NCBI GenBank assembly: GCA_018334055.1
Contig: JAGXSS010000108.1
Span: 834 to 64,833 of the forward strand
Reading direction: 5' to 3'
Length of the DNA: 64,000 bases
Origin: Peptococcaceae bacterium
GTDB taxonomy: Bacteria; Bacillota; UBA994
In this document: piece after piece, positions 59,089 through 64,000 of the stretch
How the letters are laid out: each line of letters begins with the position of its first letter
How positions within the stretch are numbered: position 1 is the first letter of the stretch
Position numbers and translations under genes: made by a program
The notes under the pieces: model-generated
What the model was told of the DNA's origin: nothing
The model's database searches: none
The model's input: the letters and a program-made list of their open reading frames with translations, nothing else

Positions 59089-61188
59089 ATGAAAGAGTAT
59101 TCGATATCAGTTGCGGGTCGCACCATGACTTTAGAGACTGGTCGTCTGGCTAAACAAGCTAACGGTGCCGTCTTAGTTAGTTACGGTCAGACGTCGGTGC
59201 TAGTGACAGCAACCATGTCTAGGAATGTTAGAGAAGGCATCGATTTCTTCCCTCTCTTGGTAGATTACGAGGAGAGATTGTACGCAGTAGGTCGGATCCC
59301 CGGCGGGTTTTTACGGAGAGAAGGGCGGCCCGGAGAAAAGGCGACTTTGGCCGCGAGACTTATTGATCGCCCCTTGCGGCCCTTATTCCCGGATGGATTT
59401 CGCAACGATGTCCAAGTTGTAGCCACTGTTTTATCTGTTGACCAGAACAACCCCCCAGAAATTGCCGCCATGGTGGGCGCTTCCGCGGCCCTTTCAATTT
59501 CAAATATCCCCTTTTCCGGACCAATAGCGGGCGTTAGTGTTGGTTTAGTCAATGGAGAGTACATAGTAAACCCGACCCTTGAAGAGGCCAAGCGAAGCTC
59601 CATTAACTTAGTGGTCGCAGGGACGAAAGATGCCATCATGATGGTTGAGGCTGGCGCACTAGAAGTCAGCGAGGCCGAAATGATCGAAGCCATCATGTTC
59701 GGGCACAAAGAAATCAAGCGGATCGTAGCGCTAATAGAGCTCATGCAGGCGGAACTTGGCGTGCCTAAGATCACTGTGCCCCTCTTCGAAGCCCCTGCCG
59801 CAATACGGGCTGCTGTGGAAGAACATGCCCTACTTGCTCTAGAAAAGGTCGTCAAGAACCCTGATAAATTGGCACGCGAAGAGGCGATTGCTGCGGTGAT
59901 CGCTGATGCCCTGCTCAAATTTAGCGAGGTGTTTCCCGGTCAAGGCAAATTAGTTAATGGATTGCTGCAGGACTTGCTAAAGAGTGTGGTGCGCGAACAG
60001 ATCTTGGGGCAAAAAGTGAGGCCCGACGGCAGGACCCCGAGCGAGATTCGTCCGATTACCTGCGAAGTTGGCGTATTAGCCCGCACTCACGGTTCAGGTC
60101 TATTTACGCGTGGACAAACCCAAGTGCTCTCTGTGGTCACTTTAGGCTCTAGAGCAGACATTCAGATTATCGACGACCTCGGCCTGGATGAATCGAAGCG
60201 CTACCTGCATCACTACAATTTCCCTGCCTATAGCGTTGGCGAGGTGCGACCCCAACGGGGGACATCCCGTAGGGACATCGGTCACGGCGCTTTGGCCGAG
60301 CGAGCCCTGTTGCCAATGATTCCTTCCGAAGAAGAGTTTCCCTATACCATTCGCGTGGTGAGTGAGGTGCTAGAGTCAAACGGCTCTACTTCCCAAGCTA
60401 GCGTTTGTGGGAGCACTTTGGCGCTCATGGAAGCTGGAGTGCCCATCAAAGCGCCTGTCGCCGGCATAGCTATGGGTCTCATTACAGACGGCAAGATCCA
60501 TGTTGTACTGTCCGACATCCAAGGCATGGAGGATCACCTCGGTGACATGGACTTCAAGGTTGCGGGAACAGCTAAGGGCATCACCGCACTGCAGATGGAC
60601 GTGAAAGTGGCGGGTCTTGATCACGACGTTTTACAGGAGTCCCTGGCCCAAGCGCACATCGGTCGCTTGCATATTCTGCACAAGATGCTAGAGGCCATCA
60701 ATTCTCCCCGCGAGGAACTTTCCCCCTATGCCCCGCGCATGTTCACCATAACCATACCTGTGGACAAAATCAAAGATGTCATCGGCCCCGGTGGTAAGAT
60801 GATCAACAAGATTATCGCCGAGACCAATGTGAAAATCGATATTGAAGACGATGGCAGAGTGTTCATCTCCTCTATCGATGCGGCACAGGGACAGAAGGCT
60901 AGGCGGATCATTGAAGACCTCACAAGAGAAATGACCATCGGTGAAGTGTATACGGGACGCGTTACCAGAGTAGAAAAGTATGGCGCATTTGTAGAGCTCA
61001 TGCCGGGCAAGGAAGCACTGGTTCACATTTCGCAGCTGGATCATGCCCGTGTAGCCAGGACTGAAGATGTGGTCAACATTGGCGATGAAATACAGGTGAA
61101 GGTAATTGGCGTAGACCGCATGGGTCGCATTGATGCCTCCCGTAAGGAAGCGTTGTCTTCTCAGCCTAGCGGCGGTGCATCAAGCTAA
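59089..61188 (+). CDS. pnp: Polyribonucleotide nucleotidyltransferase (PNPase)
   Basis: Two RNase PH domains plus KH ([11 protein letters not shown]) and S1 ([20 protein letters not shown]) domains. 699 aa. Confidence 0.95.
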   Translation: MKEYSISVAGRTMTLETGRLAKQANGAVLVSYGQTSVLVTATMSRNVREGIDFFPLLVDYEERLYAVGRIPGGFLRREGRPGEKATLAARLIDRPLRPLFPDGFRNDVQVVATVLSVDQNNPPEIAAMVGASAALSISNIPFSGPIAGVSVGLVNGEYIVNPTLEEAKRSSINLVVAGTKDAIMMVEAGALEVSEAEMIEAIMFGHKEIKRIVALIELMQAELGVPKITVPLFEAPAAIRAAVEEHALLALEKVVKNPDKLAREEAIAAVIADALLKFSEVFPGQGKLVNGLLQDLLKSVVREQILGQKVRPDGRTPSEIRPITCEVGVLARTHGSGLFTRGQTQVLSVVTLGSRADIQIIDDLGLDESKRYLHHYNFPAYSVGEVRPQRGTSRRDIGHGALAERALLPMIPSEEEFPYTIRVVSEVLESNGSTSQASVCGSTLALMEAGVPIKAPVAGIAMGLITDGKIHVVLSDIQGMEDHLGDMDFKVAGTAKGITALQMDVKVAGLDHDVLQESLAQAHIGRLHILHKMLEAINSPREELSPYAPRMFTITIPVDKIKDVIGPGGKMINKIIAETNVKIDIEDDGRVFISSIDAAQGQKARRIIEDLTREMTIGEVYTGRVTRVEKYGAFVELMPGKEALVHISQLDHARVARTEDVVNIGDEIQVKVIGVDRMGRIDASRKEALSSQPSGGASS

Positions 61189-61203
61189 GACTAGAGGTAG
61201 GGG

Positions 61204-61235
61204 AGCGTTGCTGTGCAATGCTCTTTGTTTTTTTT
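61204..61235 (+). terminator. Rho-independent terminator after pnp
   Basis: AGCGTTGC-tgt-GCAATGCT (8 bp with one G:U pair) followed by cTTTGTTTTTTTT. Confidence 0.75.
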
Positions 61236-61278
61236 AGTCCTCCCTCATATACTCTACTATGATGTAGGGGGGATTGGC

Positions 61279-62235
61279 ATGAATAACAACAGAATCTTGT
61301 CCATCGTGGTATTGGTTTTGTCGCTAGTTATCAATTTCTTGCGGCCGAGTATGGTTACGGACTTGCCCCGTGTAGCACACGGGGTGACCCTTTCTGGAGA
61401 TAACATAGCGTATCTAGACGAGGAAGCCCTTGTCACACTCCTTGAGGGCAGAGCCGCACAGTTGGCGATTGCCCCGGTGCAACCTTTGTTTGACAAAGTG
61501 GGGGGTGGCGTGATACCGGGCCTAGCCGGACGCGAACTTGATATTGCCGGCACAGTAGCTAGTTGCCTTGGGGCACTGCCTGGGACAGAGCGTTCCTATG
61601 TTTTTCGTGCAGTCATGCCCGAGGCGCCTTCGCTCAACCTGCCTATCTATCGCGGTAATGCAAGGAAAAGAAAAGTGGCCTTTGTCATCAATGTAGCTTG
61701 GGGCAATGAAGAACTCATGGAAATTCTCGAGATACTCGATGATTTCCAGCTTAAGAAGACTTTTTTCTTGGTTGGTAGGTGGGTTAGTAAGTACCCTGAG
61801 TTAGTGCGGGAAATATATAGACGCGGACACGAACTGGGAAACCACGCCTACTCTGACTTGCACTTATCTAGGCAGGCCGCGGGAAAAGTGAAAGAAGAAA
61901 TACTGAACACAACGGAAGCTATAAGGGCGGCAGTCGGTCAAGTTAGTGTCAAGTACTTTAGTCCACCCTACAATGACTTTAATCAAGACGTAATCGAAAT
62001 CGCGGCCTCGTTGGGATATCAGACGGTGCTTTGCAGTCTGGATACGGCTGATTGGATGCGTCAAGGGGTGGACAAAATAGTGCAACGCATCGTACCGCGC
62101 GCTCATAACGGGGCCATAGTCCTCATGCATCCGGCAAAAGACACGCCCCGCGCCTTAAAGGTGATGATCCCAGCACTACAGGAGATGGGGTTTGTGTTGG
62201 TCACATTGGGAGAGTTGCTATCCCCTCTCCCTTAG
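61279..62235 (+). CDS. Polysaccharide deacetylase (YlxY-like, NodB domain)
   Basis: NodB motifs (FVINVAWGNE; GHELGNHAYSDLHLS). N-terminal TM/signal segment. ATG at 61279. Same position as B. subtilis ylxY. Confidence 0.8.
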   Translation: MNNNRILSIVVLVLSLVINFLRPSMVTDLPRVAHGVTLSGDNIAYLDEEALVTLLEGRAAQLAIAPVQPLFDKVGGGVIPGLAGRELDIAGTVASCLGALPGTERSYVFRAVMPEAPSLNLPIYRGNARKRKVAFVINVAWGNEELMEILEILDDFQLKKTFFLVGRWVSKYPELVREIYRRGHELGNHAYSDLHLSRQAAGKVKEEILNTTEAIRAAVGQVSVKYFSPPYNDFNQDVIEIAASLGYQTVLCSLDTADWMRQGVDKIVQRIVPRAHNGAIVLMHPAKDTPRALKVMIPALQEMGFVLVTLGELLSPLP

Positions 62236-62250
62236 TAGGAGGTGTTACGA

Positions 62251-63678
62251 GTGAAGTTAGCTTGGTGGTTGGTCTTGGGATTTATGCTGGCAATGGGCGT
62301 AAACCTCCCAGCTGTTAGCGCCAATCCGGATGTTGCCATCGGATGGAATGAGCGCCATCTCAAGGTGTCGCTCAGCGGCGGAGAGGTTGCTTGGCGTAGC
62401 GATGTAGTGCACAGCAAGGTATTACCTGCAAATGGCGAAATTCAGTTGCAATTAATGGTGCCGAGAGCTAGTCTTGGAGAAATTTCCTCCCAAAATGCTG
62501 CTCTCTGGCTGCAGCGCTCGTTAATGGCGCACTGGCCGACACGAGTGCTATCGATGGCGGGTGGATATAACTTAAAGCTGCTCGCGCCCGAGCCCAATCA
62601 AAGACTCCCTTGGGAAGCTGCTCCCACTTATCTCCCGTGGTTGCCGGGTCAGCAACCACGGGTGCTGGTCGTGACTTTTCCGCGGGATGAAACAGTTGTT
62701 TTGCGCGACGCATCGATAGTGGTCAATCCTGGGCCAAACCCAGTGAAAGTAGCCAAAACCACCTTTCGTGGCCAGATCGTGCTGAACCCCAATCGACGTG
62801 AGATGCTGACATCGGTGAACGTGTTGTCCATGGAGGATTATCTCCGTGGAGTAGTTCCCAATGAAATGCCCGCCGCATGGTCTCTCGAGGCCCTGAAAGC
62901 ACAGGCCTTGGCGGCGCGCACGTATGCGGTGCGGCAGAGGGGCAGGCATGAGGCTGATGGCTTTGACCTGTGCAGCACCATTCATTGCCAGGCTTACGGA
63001 GCATTGACGAGTGAGCATCCCCGCTCGAGCCAAGCGGTAGTGGAAACCAGGGGCGAAATTATTCTGCATGGAAACATAGTCATTGACGCCGTCTACCATG
63101 CCCATGCCGGTGGGCAGACTCGTAATAGTGAGCATGTGTGGGGTGGAGTGACCCCCTACCTGAAAGGGGTAAGCATTCCAGAGGAGCCCGTCATGACTTG
63201 GACCAGAAGAATTACCTGGAACGAATTTACTGAACGGCTCAGGGCGAGGGGATTGCGTGCGCACTATCCCTACCAGGTCGCAGTACATAACTTGGTCGAT
63301 GCAGGACATGTTGGCTCCGTTCGCATCAACTCAGCCTCTGGAGAAGCATTTGTCCCGGCGGGAGAAATGCGAGCAGCTTTAGACCGTACACTCATGCGTA
63401 GCACCAAATTTTCGGTGAGGGAGCTAGATGATTTACTCCTGCCCTTCAGCGCGCCGCTTTATCAACCCGCCTTCTCGTATGAAGTCGGAAATTTCGCCGG
63501 TTTGTATCATGTCTTGCTGCCGAGGCAGCCGTCTTTCGTCGAGTTCATCGGCCAAGGGCATGGGCATGGTGTTGGGATGTCACAATGGGGAGCATTTGGG
63601 TTAGCTAGAGATGGGTATAACTACCGTGATATCATCAAGCGTTTCTACACCGGAGTGAGAATTGCCCGAATGTGGTGA
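62251..63678 (+). CDS. SpoIID/LytB-domain protein (amidase enhancer-like)
   Basis: LKAQALAARTYAV and LCSTIHCQAYG SpoIID motifs. Signal peptide. GTG at 62251 follows AGGAGG; the alternative GTG at 62242 is too close to the SD. Confidence 0.8.
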   Translation: MKLAWWLVLGFMLAMGVNLPAVSANPDVAIGWNERHLKVSLSGGEVAWRSDVVHSKVLPANGEIQLQLMVPRASLGEISSQNAALWLQRSLMAHWPTRVLSMAGGYNLKLLAPEPNQRLPWEAAPTYLPWLPGQQPRVLVVTFPRDETVVLRDASIVVNPGPNPVKVAKTTFRGQIVLNPNRREMLTSVNVLSMEDYLRGVVPNEMPAAWSLEALKAQALAARTYAVRQRGRHEADGFDLCSTIHCQAYGALTSEHPRSSQAVVETRGEIILHGNIVIDAVYHAHAGGQTRNSEHVWGGVTPYLKGVSIPEEPVMTWTRRITWNEFTERLRARGLRAHYPYQVAVHNLVDAGHVGSVRINSASGEAFVPAGEMRAALDRTLMRSTKFSVRELDDLLLPFSAPLYQPAFSYEVGNFAGLYHVLLPRQPSFVEFIGQGHGHGVGMSQWGAFGLARDGYNYRDIIKRFYTGVRIARMW

Positions 63679-63692
63679 ATTGAGGGGTTAGG

Positions 63693-64000
63693 ATGCGCGT
63701 TAGTAAGAATGGAGCAGGCGTAGTTGTGGCGAGTGAACACATCCCCCATGTGCAGACGGTTGCGCTTGGATTTTGGGTCCGTTCAGGAACCCTGTACGAA
63801 CAAGAAGCTGAGCAAGGAGTTTCGCACTTTCTTGAACACATGTTCTTTAAGGGCAGTCAAAAACGGAGTGCCCGTGAAATCGTAGAAGCCATTGACGCTG
63901 TTGGGGGCGAACTCAATGCCTATACTACCAAAGAGTACACTTGTTTCTATGTCAAAGTCCTCATGGAGCATCTGGGATTAGCGGTGGATGTGTTAGGCAA
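63693..64000 (+). CDS. M16-family zinc peptidase (MlpA/YmxG-like), N-terminal fragment running off the window
   Basis: Inverted zinc motif HFLEH. ATG at 63693. The frame is open to the window end. Confidence 0.8.
   Translation, partial: MRVSKNGAGVVVASEHIPHVQTVALGFWVRSGTLYEQEAEQGVSHFLEHMFFKGSQKRSAREIVEAIDAVGGELNAYTTKEYTCFYVKVLMEHLGLAVDVLG

Noticed and set aside
1-64000. CRISPR arrays, rRNA/tRNA genes, IS elements and prophage modules
   Set aside because: I found no direct-repeat/spacer periodicity, no tRNA-like or rRNA-like segments and no transposase or phage structural genes. The only repeats seen are the fliK intragenic duplication and the terminator hairpins.

Overview
High-GC (~57%) Firmicutes-type chromosomal segment in which essentially every real gene is on the + strand. 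The first ~34.5 kb is one co-directional flagellar/chemotaxis supercluster. It opens with the 3' end of cheB and the late-gene block flgM-flgN-flgK-flgL-fliW-csrA-flagellin-fliD-fliS-(fliT-like)-flaG, which ends at a strong terminator. A classical fla/che-type operon follows: flgB-flgC-fliE-fliF-fliG-fliH-fliI-fliJ-fliK-flgD-flgE-motA-motB-fliL-fliO-fliP-fliQ-fliR-flhB-flhA-flhF-flhG-PilZ-fliA(sigma-28)-small membrane protein-flgF-flgG-cheD-cheR-cheC-cheY-fliM-fliY. Downstream is a tandem NlpC/P60 peptidase gene. The rest is a housekeeping array syntenic with the Bacillus/Clostridium dprA-topA-trmFO-xerC-codY / rpsB-tsf-pyrH-frr-uppS-cdsA-dxr-rseP-ispG / rimP-nusA-ylxR-ylxQ-infB-ylxP-rbfA-nrnA-truB-ribF-rpsO-pnp-ylxY-spoIID-like-M16 peptidase order. 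Relative to B. subtilis there is no hslVU and no proS-polC, and a GT2 glycosyltransferase plus MgtC-family gene sits between ispG and rimP. I found no CRISPR array, no rRNA or tRNA gene, no transposon and no phage module. Things I could not explain by ordinary annotation: a ~95-nt polypyrimidine tract in the flgL-fliW spacer; a B. subtilis-like hag leader with paired CsrA boxes; a two-copy intragenic tandem repeat in fliK; a membrane-anchored HTH-like orphan after fliA; a PilZ c-di-GMP receptor inside the operon; an NlpC/P60 gene whose first catalytic domain has lost its Cys; and a promoter-proximal hairpin before rimP-nusA. I see no clear sign of a wholly novel multi-gene system. Long minus-strand ORFs look like GC-driven artefacts.
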